Assembly: GCA_951406725.2 (NCBI GenBank) | Contig: OX597826.1 | Location: forward strand, 45,384,001 to 45,448,000 | DNA: 64,000 nt | From: Octopus vulgaris | Lineage: Eukaryota | Reading direction: 5' to 3' | Shown: piece by piece, positions 1-12,850 of the stretch | Layout of the letters: the number at the start of each line of letters is the position of its first letter | Numbering within the stretch: position 1 is the stretch's first letter | Translations under genes and position numbers: made by a program | The notes under the pieces: model-generated | Seen by the model: the letters and a program-made list of their open reading frames with translations, nothing else | What the model was told of the DNA's origin: nothing | The model's database searches: none

Positions 1-758
1 CTGCACAAGACCGGATTTCACAGGAGGGCTGAAATCAGAACAACACTACTTTCAAAAACAAACGTTGCAAAGCGTTTAGAGTGGAGTAAAAGCCTACAGA
101 ATTAGTCCCTAGAACAGTGGAAGAAAGTTATTTTCTCGGACGAGTCATCCTTTGCCTTATTTCCAACTACCGGCCGAATATATGTGTGGAGACAGCGAAA
201 AGAAGCATTTGAACTAGAAAGCCGTCTTCCAACTGTTAAACATGGAGGAGGATCTGTGATGATCTGGCGGGGTGGGGGTGTGGATGGGGGCTATATCTTG
301 GAAATCCCCGGCTCAATGGTTTCCCTTCATGGCAAAATTAATGGTCAAGAGTATTTAATCATTTTATCTGATCAAATTCCAGAGGGAAACGCAATCTTTC
401 AGGATGATAATGCACCAATTCACACAGCTAAAGTTGTTACTGAATGGCACGAGGAATATTCTAGTGAAGTTGAACATCTTATCTGGCCACTACAGTCCCC
501 AGGTCTCAATATAGTTGAACATTTATGGTGCATTTTAGAAAAACAATAAGGGGTCGATATCCTCCACCACCTACAAGAACTGGAGACTGTTTTAGCTGAA
601 AAAATGGACAAAAATTCTTTTGGAAAAAATTCAAACTTTGTACGAGACCATACCTCATAGAATTCAAGCTGTAATTACTGCCAAAGGCGGTCCTACCCGA
701 TATTAAAATATATTTGTTTGAAATTTTAAGGTGTCTCTATTATTTTCTCCTACCTCTA
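1..758 (+). mobile_element. Tc1-like DNA transposon remnant (transposase 3' part, DD36E spacing, degenerate right end)
   Basis: Frame 1 reads ...WKKVIFSDES...TVKHGGGSVMIW...FQDDNAPIH...WPLQSPGLNIVEHLW with in-frame stops. I count 36 residues between the second D and the E. A TIR-like end GGTGTCTCTATTATTTTCTCCTACCTC-TA lies near 730-758. Confidence 0.85.
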
Positions 759-831
759 TATATACTTCCTTATTTGCAATCTTCATACACACTAGCATGC
801 CTACCAAGCAACATATACACATATATAGACA

Positions 832-836
832 GATCA

Positions 837-871
<35 letters not shown>

Positions 872-872
872 T

Positions 873-933
<61 letters not shown>
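832..933. repeat. (GATA)n microsatellite at the 3' end of the Tx1-like LINE
   Basis: Direct reading of the sequence. Confidence 0.95.
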
Positions 934-934
<1 letters not shown>

Positions 935-2974
935 GTTTCTTTATTAGCCACACAGGGCTGCACACAGATAGAACAAATTACAAGGTAGAGCTTTTCTTTT
1001 GAAGGTTTAAAAAAAAAAAAAAATAATAATAATAATAAAATAACAAATAAAATAAAATAAAAAAGGGGGGTCGATCAAAAGGGATCGTAAAAGGAGAGAA
1101 AGAGGATAAAAAAAGGGGGGGATTAAAAAAAAAGGGGGAGAGGAAAAAAATTGATCAATAGGGATCGTTATCACAGAAATGTCAATATGAAGTGTAAAGG
1201 GGAGGACAGGTGAGGTTTACCCGTGGAAAGAAAAGCCTACGGAAAAGACCACGGTAACCTCGGTCAATGAAGTCACATGTTATATTTCTTTTTTTTTTTT
1301 GCAAATAAGCAACTCTCTGTATTAATTTTTACGGTTCATAGAATCATAGTCAAGGTGGCTTCGTCATTCATACGTGCCATCCTTGCTACATTCACCCATC
1401 TTTTTTTAAAACATTCACTAGACAAAACTTGCCTCTCTACTCTCACTTTTTTCTTCAAGTGATACTTGAAGAAGTTGATGAGAGATTGACCAGAGAGGAA
1501 AGTGTTTGTCTCTAATCCTTTCAGACGCGTCCACCAGATACATTCTTTCGCCATAGCCACAAGTATGATAAAAATAGCTCTTCCTTCCCGTTTGAAGGAA
1601 GGAGGCGTGACGATATTAACGATAGACTCGGCTGATAAACCGACACGTCCCACACGTGACAGCAGTCGTTCGACATAAGCCCACAGGTGGGAAATTGCTG
1701 GACACTGCACGATTGCGTGCAGAGCGGTTTCGTCGCTCTGACCGCATCTCGGGCAGGTCGGCCCCGTGTTTCTCAAGCCATGCCTATAGAGCTTATCCCG
1801 AACGGGTAGCGCTTCTCGGTAGCACCGCCAGGCCAGGGATCTCTGGAAGTTGTCCATAGGTCCCGGGCCGAAAGTCGTTTGAAACAGGCGGGTCAGGTAT
1901 TCCTCGTCGACGCCCAGGTTTGTCCCGAGCTCGTCGTCGTACCTCCCCTCCACTAATCCCCTATAGAATGCTTTGGTTGTGTTGAAGTCACTCAAGGTCG
2001 ACCCGGGACGGCAGAGTTGCTTGAGAGCAACGCGACACTCGCGGTGCCATTCGCCCTTCTTCGGCCTCTTTTTGATCCACGACTGTAGTTCGGTCATGGA
2101 GACGAGTTGCGGGAATGCGTGCCTCACAAACGGCGACCACACCTGTTCACCGTCGTCTACATAGAGCCGGAGATGTCGCAGTCTCAGCGCGTGTCTGCGC
2201 ATCATCAACCACGGCATGCCCAGCCCTCCTTTTAACGGGTGTTGACAGCAAATGGATCGCCTGACCATCGGGACGCATCCTTTCCACAAGAAGCGGAAGA
2301 GGATGCGTTCTAGTTTGGTGATGGTAGGGTCGGGACAAGGTACGACGGTCAGGCGGTAGTAGATGATGGACGCGATGTACGCGTTCACCACCTCCGCCCG
2401 ACCTTTTAGGGACAGTTTCCTCTCGGCCCATTGCTGGGCGAGAGTGACCACCCTACTCATTATCTCGTTCCAGTTCTTCTCCATTTGGAGGTCCGGACCG
2501 AACCAGACCCCGAGCAACTCAACCGGGCCGTCTGTCCAGCGTCCCACGACGGAGGTACTGGTGGACGGCATGGGCTTGCTTCTCCAGGTGCCGAGCCGCA
2601 AGCCCACTGACTTTTCCCGGTTGATTTTTGCTCCTGTCACCGCTTCGTAGTCTTTCAGTGTCTCGCCGACCCGCTCGATGTGCTCGTGGCTTGACACTAT
2701 GACGGTGACGTCGTCCGCGTATGCAGACACGCTCGTCCCGCATCCTAATTCTCGCGGGATGCCCCTCAGAGTCGCCAGCTTCCGCAGTAGTGGCTCAAGA
2801 GTCAATACGTATAGAAGCGCCGAGAGGGGGCATCCCTGACGGACCGAACGTGCAATGTCGAAGGGTCTCGATAGATGTCCGTTTACGCGAATTACCGAAC
2901 GGATGCCCCTGTACAAGGCAGCTATCCAGCCGCGGAAGACGGGACCGAAACCAGCCGCTCTCAGGACTGCCTCC

Positions 2975-2976
<2 letters not shown>
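934..2976 (-). mobile_element. 5'-truncated Tx1/L1-clade non-LTR retrotransposon
   Basis: GC-rich block with RT and zinc-finger coding sequence plus a ~400-bp 3' UTR ending ...GGCTAATAAAGAAAC followed by (ATCT)n. (GATA)n flanks both sides. Confidence 0.92.
1336..2976 (-). CDS. Partial ORF2: reverse transcriptase and C-terminal CCHC zinc finger (no start codon, uninterrupted)
   Basis: Motifs [34 protein letters not shown] and [18 protein letters not shown]. No stop or frameshift over ~546 codons. The YLSI-repeat N-terminus of the listed 631-aa ORF is read-through into (TATC)n. Confidence 0.9.
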
Positions 2977-3026
<50 letters not shown>

Positions 3027-3031
3027 CAGGC

Positions 3032-3090
<59 letters not shown>

Positions 3091-3099
3091 CAGATAGAC

Positions 3100-3156
<57 letters not shown>
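2977..3156. repeat. (GATA)n/(GACA) microsatellite at the 5' truncation point of the LINE
   Basis: Direct reading of the sequence. Confidence 0.95.
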
Positions 3157-3604
3157 TACATGCATATACGCACACATGCACTTATCTCCTCCATGTATGC
3201 GTACTACATACAGAAATACGTACGTGCACACGCTATTTCTTCTGGCTTTTTATATTCTGAGTTCAAATTCCGCCGAAGTCAATTTTGCCTTTCATCCATC
3301 CACGTCGATGAAACAAAATACCAGTCAACTACTGAGGTTGATATAATCGACTCCATTCGCTCAAGATTACTAGCCTTGCGCCCTAGTTAGAAACAATACC
3401 TGCGACATAATGAATGTATCGTCTAGCTTGACTACTTCGAGCCGATATGAGATCCACAAAATTGAGGTAGCCCAGAAACAGTCGCTGGGGATGATAGAAA
3501 GAGAAACAAAGTCTCCTTCAAATCTCAGGCCCCTGTGTCAAAATGAAGATCAGATTAGATAGCAAATTCTTCAAAAGCATCATGCCTGAATATATATTAT
3601 TACA

Positions 3605-4625
3605 ATTTCAAATTTTGGCACCGGGCTAGTAAGTTCGAGAGACATCGATCCCAGTGCTTGACTGGTCCTGATTTTATCGATTCCGAGAGGGTGAAAGGCA
3701 AAGTCGACCTCGGCAGAATTTGAACTCAGAGCGAAAAGGCAAACGAAAACCTATTTCTATTTCTTTACTACCCACAAGGGGTTAAACACAGAGGGGACAA
3801 ACAAGGACAGACAAATGGATTAAGTCGAGTACATCGACCCCAGTGTGTAACTGGTATTTAATTTATCGATTCCGAGTGGGTGAAAGGCAAAGTCGACCCC
3901 GGCGGAATTTGAACTCACAACGTAACGCAGACGAAATACCGCTAAGCATTTCGCCCGGCGTGCTAACGTTTCTGCCAGCTCGCCGCAAACGAAATACCGC
4001 TAACCATTATTGCCCGGAGTGTCAAAGATTCTGCCAGCTCAACACTTTCTGAATGTATATTAGTATTGTCATTGCATCGTTCATCAAGAGACAAAGTGAC
4101 TGCTAGATCAAAGCTAAATGATCATAAGACTGGAAATGGTATAACATAGTTATATGCTTGAAATGCAATTTAATCACTGGACGCGTACATTCAACGATGT
4201 ATTTATATATATTTCTTTATTGCCCACAGGGGGCTAAACATAGAGGGAACAAACAAGGACAGACAAAGGGATTAAGTCGATTACATCGACCCCATTGCGT
4301 TACTGGTACTTATTTAATCGACCCCGAAAGGATGAAAGGCAAAGTCGACTTCAGCAGAATTTGAACTCAGAACGTAAGGGCAGATGAAATACTTATTTCT
4401 TTACTACCCACAAGGGGCTAAACACAGAGGGGACAAACAAGGATAGACACAATTATTAAGTCGATTACATTGACCCAGTGCGTTACTGGTACTTATTTAA
4501 TCGACCCCGAAAGGATGAAAGGTAAAGTCGACCTCGGCGGAATTTGAATTCAGAACGTAGCGGCAGACGAAATACGTCTACGCATTTCGCCGGGTGGGCT
4601 AACGTTTCTGCCAGCTCATCGCCTT
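3605..4625 (-). mobile_element. Cluster of nested tRNA-derived SINE family A copies (about 4)
   Basis: Repeated head GGCGAGCTGGCAGAAACGTTAGC...GAGTTCAAATTCC (A/B-box-like) and core GCCTTTCATCCTTTCGGGGTCGATAAA..AAGTACCAG (resembles the Meta/MESC domain, from memory). Tail ...AGCCCCTTGTGGGTAGTAAAGAAATA. Inner copies at ~3751-3985 and ~4392-4625. Confidence 0.85.
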
Positions 4626-5094
4626 CTCAGCAATGTATTTATATAAATATGATAAGCACACGGCATTTCTAATTTCATACTGCTTCTATTGCATATCATA
4701 AATATGTATTGAAACGAGCAACTATCCGTAATACCGGTGAATGTTTTTTTGGCTGTTATCCTATATAACGTAGGCGCGAAATCTTGTTTAAGTATGTTGT
4801 TGGTTGTAAGTAAACACCATTAACATGGCTCAAGAACACAAAAATGAGACGATTTTTGTGTCCATCCTATACATATCATGTTTTTAAACAGAGCATTTGC
4901 CTTACCCTTGGCTACATGCACCCCCCTCACACTTATCTGTACTCGTGCAATAACGTACATACACACAGCCCGCATGGACACAGAATTTTCCGATCAAGAT
5001 ATGGTAGTAATCCAAAATTAACGATGAACGCCATGTTAAAGCAAAACAGGTTATATTAAATTAAATATTAATAGAAATTCACAATCTCTCCCTG

Positions 5095-5175
<81 letters not shown>

Positions 5176-5476
5176 TACACATACACACACACACGAGTAC
5201 ACACGCCCAGACGTAATATTATAGGAGTAAATATTTTACAATCGTATCCAACACGTGTTGTGTGCGAAGAATTCAGCATGGGTGCCCAATAAAAGTAAAG
5301 AATTTGGCATAAAACAATAATAAAAGACTTATAAGTGCAATTAATACGCAAAGTCACTTGAATATAGAATAAGGGATTATTTATATTTTGAGAAAGGGAT
5401 TTATGGCCGATCTATGGGCTACCCACTGTTTCACGTCTATAAAGCACTTAGCTTCTCCGCGTCTCCTCAGACCCCA

Positions 5477-5541
<65 letters not shown>

Positions 5542-5620
5542 CCTATCTATCTATCTAGCCCCCGCGCTCTCTCTCTCTCTCGCACTCTCTCTCTCTCTCT
5601 CTCTATACATATATATAGTA

Positions 5621-5870
5621 ATAAATAAATGCGCCCTTTTAAAGCCTAGCCAGGCTCATGGGCCCTGTTTCCCGGTTTCTATGGCGTATGTGTTCCCCAG
5701 CAGGACGGGATGCCAGTCTATCGCAGCCTTACTCATTTTTGCCAGGTGAGTGGACTGGAGCAACGTAAAATGAAGTGCTCAAGAACACAACGCGTCGCCC
5801 GGTCCGGGAATTGAAACCACAATCTTACGATCATGATGCTGACACCCTAACCACTAAGCCAGGCGCCTCC
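5621..5870 (-). mobile_element. tRNA-derived SINE family B
   Basis: Head GGAGGCGCCTGGCTTAGTGGTTAGGG...GGTTTCAATTCC. Related copies at ~10000-10226, ~35363-35692, 44424-44660 and ~63740-64000. Confidence 0.8.
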
Positions 5871-5874
5871 CCTC

Positions 5875-5910
<36 letters not shown>

Positions 5911-5944
5911 AAACTTACTTGCAAATGAATGCGTTGCGTTAGAT

Positions 5945-7437
5945 ATACATTAACAGATAATAACTTAATTTATCAAAATATGCCATGAGGATGAAAATAA
6001 ACATTCTTTTCTATAATGTTATTCAATAAAGCCACCTTCAGCTTCAATAACTGCTTCTATAAGAGATCTAAATCCTCGACATGCTCGAATCAGGTGGTCT
6101 TGGTTCATTTTGGACATTACTCTGACTATGGCAGCATTCAAAGAATCCTTGGTGTTATGAGCGTGTTCATTGATCTCTCCCTCAACAACGCTCCACATGT
6201 AATAGTCGAATGGATTGAGATCTGGGAAATTAGGAGCCCAAATGTTAGGGGTTATGTGATCGGGAAAAATTTCAGCCATCCATTCCTGTGTTACTAGAGC
6301 CATGTATGATTGTGAAGAGTCTTACTGAAACACATATGGGCTTCCATTGCAAACACTGTCTATCCAGGGTTTGACAATTAACTGTAAAGCCTTGTGGAAA
6401 GAAGTAAGGCGGCATCACATGTCCTTCATTGCTGACAACCCCTAAAACCATGACAGTTGCAGGAAATTTTGCATGCATAATACTTGGAACTTCAGAAGAG
6501 TCTACATATAATTATCTGTTATTTCTTCTGTTAACTTTTTGATCTTGGTCGAAGTTTTTCTCATTTCAGAAAAACCAAATCAAATCTGCTTCTGCTGGAT
6601 TTTTCAGTTTGTTTAAGAGGAGTGGCTGTGTGGTAAGCAGCTTGTTAACCAACCACATAGTTCCGGGTTCATACCCACTGCGTGGCACCTTGGAAAGTGT
6701 CTTCTACTATAGCCTCGGGCCAACCAAAGCCTTGTGAGTGGATTTGGTAGACGGAAACTGAAAGAAGCCCGTCGTATATATGTATATACATATGTATGTG
6801 TGTATATGTTTCTGTGTGTCTGTGTTTGTCCCCCCAACATCACTTGACAACCGATGGTGGTCTGTTTACGTCCCCGTAACTTAGCAATTCGGCACAACAG
6901 ACCGATAGAATAAGTACCAAGCTTACAAAGAATAAATCCCGGGGTCGACTTGCTCGACTAAAGGCGGTGCTCCAGGATGGCAGCAGTCATATCACTGAAA
7001 CAAGTAAAAGACAGCCTTTTAGATCTGATTTAGTGATTTCCTTTTTCTTTTACCGACAAATTGACATTTCTTCATCATATAAAGCTTATATCTGATGTCT
7101 TCGTGGACAACATTTCTGACTGTTCCCTCTGACACATGGAGATATTTTGCAAGTGACCTCATGAACTATCTGGGATTGTAATCAATGGTTGGTTGAACCT
7201 ACTGGATAAATTCAGATGTTCTGATGATTTCAGAGTGTTTAGAATGCTTTTTATGCTTTGATACTGGTGATACGTTTCTATTTTCAGTCTCTAGCTCCTT
7301 ACAAACTTTGCAGACGAATGATCTGGTAACTTTTAAGAATCGAGATATTTCTGAATCGCTATGCTCAGGTCTGCTATTATGATTTTCTGAAGCAAAAATT
7401 ATACAGAGTTAGCAAAATGCACCAATGACCAAAAAAT
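5945..7437 (-). mobile_element. DD37D (maT-type) Tc1/mariner remnant, interrupted by a SINE C
   Basis: FQ*D-(37 aa)-D within WAPNFPDLNPFDY, plus KFPATVMVLGVVSNEG. Colinear with the TIR-bearing copy at 62231-63329. Confidence 0.85.
6618..7012 (+). mobile_element. tRNA-derived SINE family C with internal (TA)/(TG) tract
   Basis: GGAGTGGCTGTGTGGTAAG...GGGTTCA(G)TCCCACTGCG head and tail ...ACTGAAACAAGTAAAAGA. The empty site TTTAAGAGCCTTTT is visible in the second maT copy at ~62930. Confidence 0.88.
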
Positions 7438-7926
7438 GTATACATATATATTATAATGTTGAATATACATATATATTATAGTACACGTATACATATATAT
7501 TATAATGTTGAAATAAGTATATAATGCATTTATCATTACATATTTATTTTAGTAACTAGGCCGATATAATTTGAAGTGTCACTTTGTATTAGCTGCGCAC
7601 ACGTTATATATACATGCATATATACATATATATACATTATTCATACAAGCGCATACGAATACACACATATGTACGTATGTGTGTGTGTATATATATATAT
7701 CTATATATATGTGTGTTTGTTCGTGTGTATGTATGATTCTTTCTTATCATTTAACAATGGTATGAAAAAGCTTTTGAAATTGTAAAATGTTTGTAAAATG
7801 TAATAATAATAACTTCTTGGCTTTGTGTGTGTGTGAGAGCGTGTACTCTGTAAAAATATCTTCGAGATATAGCTAAATATAAACTGAGAGATATTTAATT
7901 ATTTTTTCCACGAAGTAGGTAAATGC

Positions 7927-7959
<33 letters not shown>

Positions 7960-8043
7960 TGTATGTATGTATGTATGTATGTATGTATGTATGTATGTAT
8001 GTATGTATGCATGTATGTATCTATCTATCTATCTAAACACATA

Positions 8044-8077
<34 letters not shown>

Positions 8078-8378
8078 AGAATGTATAATGTAAGAATGTA
8101 AATATGTATACATATATACATGTATTCGTACCTATATGATATGTATATGTACGTAAATAGATCAATATGTATATATGCATATATACAGTTTATATGCATA
8201 TATTTCTTTTGACCTTTAAAAAGATTTAGTATGTAATTTTATAACAATATTTCACGACCACTTTTTATAACTTTATTTAACAAGTTTAAATGTGAACTAA
8301 GTATATTAGGAGCAACTGATAAAATATCTTAAAATATTGGTGATATCTATCTATCTATAAATACATACATACATACTT

Positions 8379-8409
<31 letters not shown>

Positions 8410-8433
8410 TATACATATACATATATATATAAC

Positions 8434-8487
<54 letters not shown>

Positions 8488-8540
8488 TAAACACATGCAT
8501 ATATATACACATATGCGCTTATATACAGTTATATATACAT

Positions 8541-8646
8541 TAGGTTTGAAACGTAAGACTTTCACACTTTCCCTAGTGTCAAGCTAATACACCTGCTTGT
8601 TGCTCATACACCTGTCTTTGTCTTTTGTTTTACTGTAAATTTCAAC
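8541..8646 (+). mobile_element. Penelope-type pLTR fragment beginning inside a minimal hammerhead (only GAAACGTA retained)
   Basis: Homologous, in opposite orientation, to 34003-34121 (shared CTAATACACCTGCTTGTTG...GTAAATT). Ends in (TA)n. Confidence 0.55.
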
Positions 8647-8719
8647 TATATATATATATATATATATATATCATATATACATATGCACCTATCTATCTAT
8701 CTATCTATCTACCTATCTG

Positions 8720-8891
8720 AACTTTAACTCAGAACGTAGAGACGGTGGAAGTGTCGCAAAGCATTTTGCCAGGTGTGTTAACGATTCTTCCAGGTGGCCG
8801 CCTTAATAACACCAAGACAACAACAACAGCAACAACAACAACAGTAGCGGCAGCAGCAGTACTAACTGAAATAACAACAACAACAACAAAA

Positions 8892-8981
<90 letters not shown>

Positions 8982-9176
8982 TTCCACATGGCCTGGAAAT
9001 TTGTGGGAGGCGACTAGTCGATTGCATCCACTGCAGTGTTTCACTGGTACTTGATTTATCGATCCTGAAAAGATGAAAGGCATAGTTGTCCTCGACGGAA
9101 TTGGAATTCAGAACGCAAAGATGGACGAAATGCTGCTAAGCATTTTGCCCAACGTGCTCACGATTTTGTCTTAACT

Positions 9177-9232
<56 letters not shown>

Positions 9233-9430
9233 CCTATATTCACAAGGTCTGAAATATTTGAGAGCAGATTAATCGATTACATTGATCCCAGTGTTCAACT
9301 AGTTCTTTTTTTTTATCGACTTCGAAAGGATGAAAGGCAAAGTTAATCCCGGTGGATTTTGAACTCAGAACACGAAGACAGGCAAAATTGTGCTAAGCAT
9401 TTAACCCGGCGTGCTGACGATTCTGCCAAT
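8720..9430 (-). mobile_element. SINE A copies (alternative-tail variant) interleaved with (TAA)n/(CAA)n
   Basis: Head and core motifs recur at ~8720-8800, ~8985-9170 and ~9235-9430. Confidence 0.7.
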
Positions 9431-9999
9431 AATATTTTCTTATTAGCTTCCAGGCCTCGTAAGAAGAAAAGACGAGGGCATTAGAAGTTCAAGGTTAAAA
9501 AGACAGCGTTTTTTCAGTGTAAACAAAAGTAAATCAAGACATGGTAACAGGAAATGTTTAAACAAAGACAATTTCCCTGTAGGGGAACACCTCCGAGGGC
9601 TAGGTTTAGACAACCCGCAAAACTAGGATAACCCTGACCATTAAGAGAAGCGGCCGCCTTCAGTTGTCCAACTTCAATCTATGGGTGCATACCCAGAGCA
9701 ACTCAAACTTTCAAAAGCAAACAATATATTTAGACTATGGAAATACAAACAAAGAAATATATTTTATACGCAAAAACGTAATAAAAAAAAAAATTCTGCA
9801 GCTCTAGATCTCTTAACTCTAATCAGTTTCTTATTTATAAAATAATTTTAAAATTTTGATTTAGGATTTAAAATAAAAAAGGTAGATTGTGAAACTCTGA
9901 AAATACATATATAAAAATCCAAAGTGCGTTTTTGTTTTTAATTTCTAATAAAATAGTTGGAGGTTGCATTTGAAAAAGTCACTTTTAAATGAATATATG

Positions 10000-10226
10000 T
10001 TTCTTCTCGGGGCATGCCAGGGTCATAAGGGCCGGTTTCCCGGTTTCAGTGGCGTAGAAATTCCCCACGTGGACGGGACGCCGGTCCATCGCAGGATTAC
10101 TCATTTTTTCCAGCTGAGTGGACTGGAACAAAGTGAAATGAAGTGTTTTGCTCAAGAACACAACGCATCGCCCGTTCCAAGAATCGAAACCACAACCTTA
10201 CAATAACCACTAAACCACGCGCCTCC
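10000..10226 (-). mobile_element. SINE family B copy
   Basis: Aligns by eye to 5621-5870. Confidence 0.8.
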
Positions 10227-11429
10227 ACAAATGAATATATACACACTATAAAATATGTTCATTTAAGATCTGGGGTCGATTAACTCGACAACTTCCTCTC
10301 TCGAAAAGAAGATTTATATTGTTGAGCTAGATATAAAGTATTTGGATTATTTCTGATTGGGAAAGGCGGAGAACTGCCAGAATCGCTATCAGATGGAACA
10401 CAATGCTTACCGTTAAGAATTTTATCGTTCTGAGTTCAAATGTCACCAAGCTTGATTTTTGCCTTTCATTATTTCGAGGCAAATAAAAATAAGTAGTAGT
10501 CAAATTTTGGAATCAATGTATGAGACCAAACCCTTCGCACACATTTTCCAGGCCTTCTAACTAGTGTATAGAAGAAATAATTATTTCTGATTTGGAACAA
10601 TTCGTTGGCTTTACCTCCTTTCACATTCCTACTTCACATACGGGCTTATTGAGATGAATTCAGGCGACTGACTTCACTAAAATTGTATGTAATGCAGTTA
10701 GAAATCATTATTAGAATAGATATGATATACGAAACCATTATTACAGCCGATATTAAAAGCATTGTGTTTCAGAAAGGATAGAATTCCAGGCTACATATCC
10801 TATGATTTTGGACTGAAATTTGAGCTGAATTTTTCTTTCATCCTGTTGAGGTAAATTAAAATAAATACCAGTTGTTCACAGGTTTCTTTAAAATCTCTTT
10901 ATCAATCCTGAACTGAAAATCAGACGGTAATATTTAAACCTATAGTTGCCTTGATTTATCAAAGATTCTGTATGTCTTAGAGCCATTTCGTAATTCAATT
11001 TCCAGTAACTTATCAAAGAATTATTGTATTTCCTATTCATGTGGATAGGTGGGAAATATATCACCTCTTATATACGTTGCCAGTGTATTATAGTGATTTA
11101 TACAAATGAAAATAAGTTTCTATTCGCCCTGTGAGTTAACGAAAGCATTTAGAATGTGATGCCTTGCTAAGCAAATAGAAAATAATGATTTGACTGAAAG
11201 CCCGATATTTTATCTATTCATGTATTTTACAACTATAATTTACGGGCTTTAAAATTTCTACCATGTTTGATCAAAAGGAAATTTCTCCATTCAGTATAAA
11301 CAAAACCTGTAGTAACTTGATAATGGCTCTATGATTTAAAGCATTAAAACTGCCTTATATATCAGGTGTTCTAACTTGAGATGAAACTTTTGTCCAAATA
11401 CCTTTTGTAAACCATCGAAGACTGATGAA

Positions 11430-12850
11430 GCCAACGCTGCTAAATTTTTGCTTAAACGGTGTCAAGTCCAACAACTGCAGGTAAAAAAAATATATATCCA
11501 GGAAGGAAATTCCAGAGAGCCGACATTCTGTGAAGGATAGCTGGATATTGGGGATAGTGGCTATTGCGCGGCCTTCAGTAGGGATTGGACAGAATATGGG
11601 TGAAGGAGGAAGAGTTGGATGTTCCAGAGTGAAAGTGATAGGAGACCAGCCTGTTCTGAGGAGCAATGGCAATGGATGTTGCGGTAGGGGAGGTCAAAAA
11701 GAGGAGAAAGAGAAAGTCTTTGAACCAGAAGATGCAGTGTATTTGTGAGTGACCTCTGTTTTTCAGAAGTGTAGTAGCATTTCTTGCTGCTCATGTAGTA
11801 GCAGCACCGTTCAAGAAGTAGGAAAAGTACTGTGCTGTGGATTTTGGCAAGGGCATAATACATATTTAGTTTTTGTTCAAGGATGAAGTATCTCCAAACT
11901 CTGAAGAAGAAGGAAAACATTTTACATTCAGTCTTTGTAATGTTATTTATTGAACGCTCAGTGAACGGTAGAGATTTTCAATGAGTGGAGATGTAATATT
12001 TGAAGCAATTTTGGAAGTTATACTCGCGATATATTCCTGTTTCAGTAATCTTTCTTGGTACATACAGTAATGTTACTCTTTGCGGAGACAAGGTAAGCAT
12101 GACTTTGGTGAATACCTCAGAGATCTCTGTTCCTGAAGTCAGTGCAAATTTGATGTGAGGTGTTAAATTGAATGTGGATGATGCTTAGAGAAATTTTAGT
12201 AGGAATAAATGATGTTATCGTCTGCGTAAGAGTTAGTGATTTTTAAAGTCAGGACGAAAAGTATGGAGGACAAAAACGAACCCTGAAACACACCACAGTT
12301 CATAGTGTGACGAAGAAGGAAACCTCATTAGCATACACTGCGATAGTACCACCTGACTGGAGATCACTGATTTCACAGCATAGAGATTTGGTATTGCTGA
12401 GAGGTGAGTAATTTTAATCACAAATTTGCATGCGATAACTATCAAAAGCTTTATTGATATCAAGATTAACAAAGACATTTTTTCTACCAAATCCCTTGAA
12501 GGTTAGATCTCACATGTAAGTGGTATAGGTGATAAGATCCCCCAGTATATTAGATATTACGAAAACTGTAATCGTGGTAAAGAAGAAATTTAAATATTTG
12601 AGAAATATTATTGTGAATATAGTAATCAGGAACAATGGAGTTAATATCCCAAAGAGTAGTGCACACGATAGTGTGTTTCTTTCTGTATTGTACCTCCATC
12701 GATCGACATTTGACGATGAATTTGTTCACGTATGTAAAGGAGTGGGTGGGGAAAGTTTTCATTTGTAATACTACAACTTGTTCATATCTACATGCCACTC
12801 TGTTTATGGAGGGGAAAAGCTGTGATTTGAGCCTCCACATTTTGGCACCT
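11430..12850 (-). mobile_element. Highly degenerate CR1/Zenon-like LINE (RT and C-terminus)
   Basis: Frameshifted motifs DYSFR..*YTGDL, NLDINKAFD, GVFQGSFLS, SYADDN, FRVWRYF..EQKL, HCSSEQAGL and SALWNFLP. Confidence 0.65.

Noticed and set aside
2977-3231. N-terminal extension and ATG of the 631-aa ORF
   Set aside because: Chance read-through of (TATC)n (YLSI repeats). The element is 5'-truncated at 2976.
5800-5870. tRNA genes at SINE heads (also 6618, 24156, 32590)
   Set aside because: A/B boxes are present but run directly into SINE bodies. No complete cloverleaf is evident.
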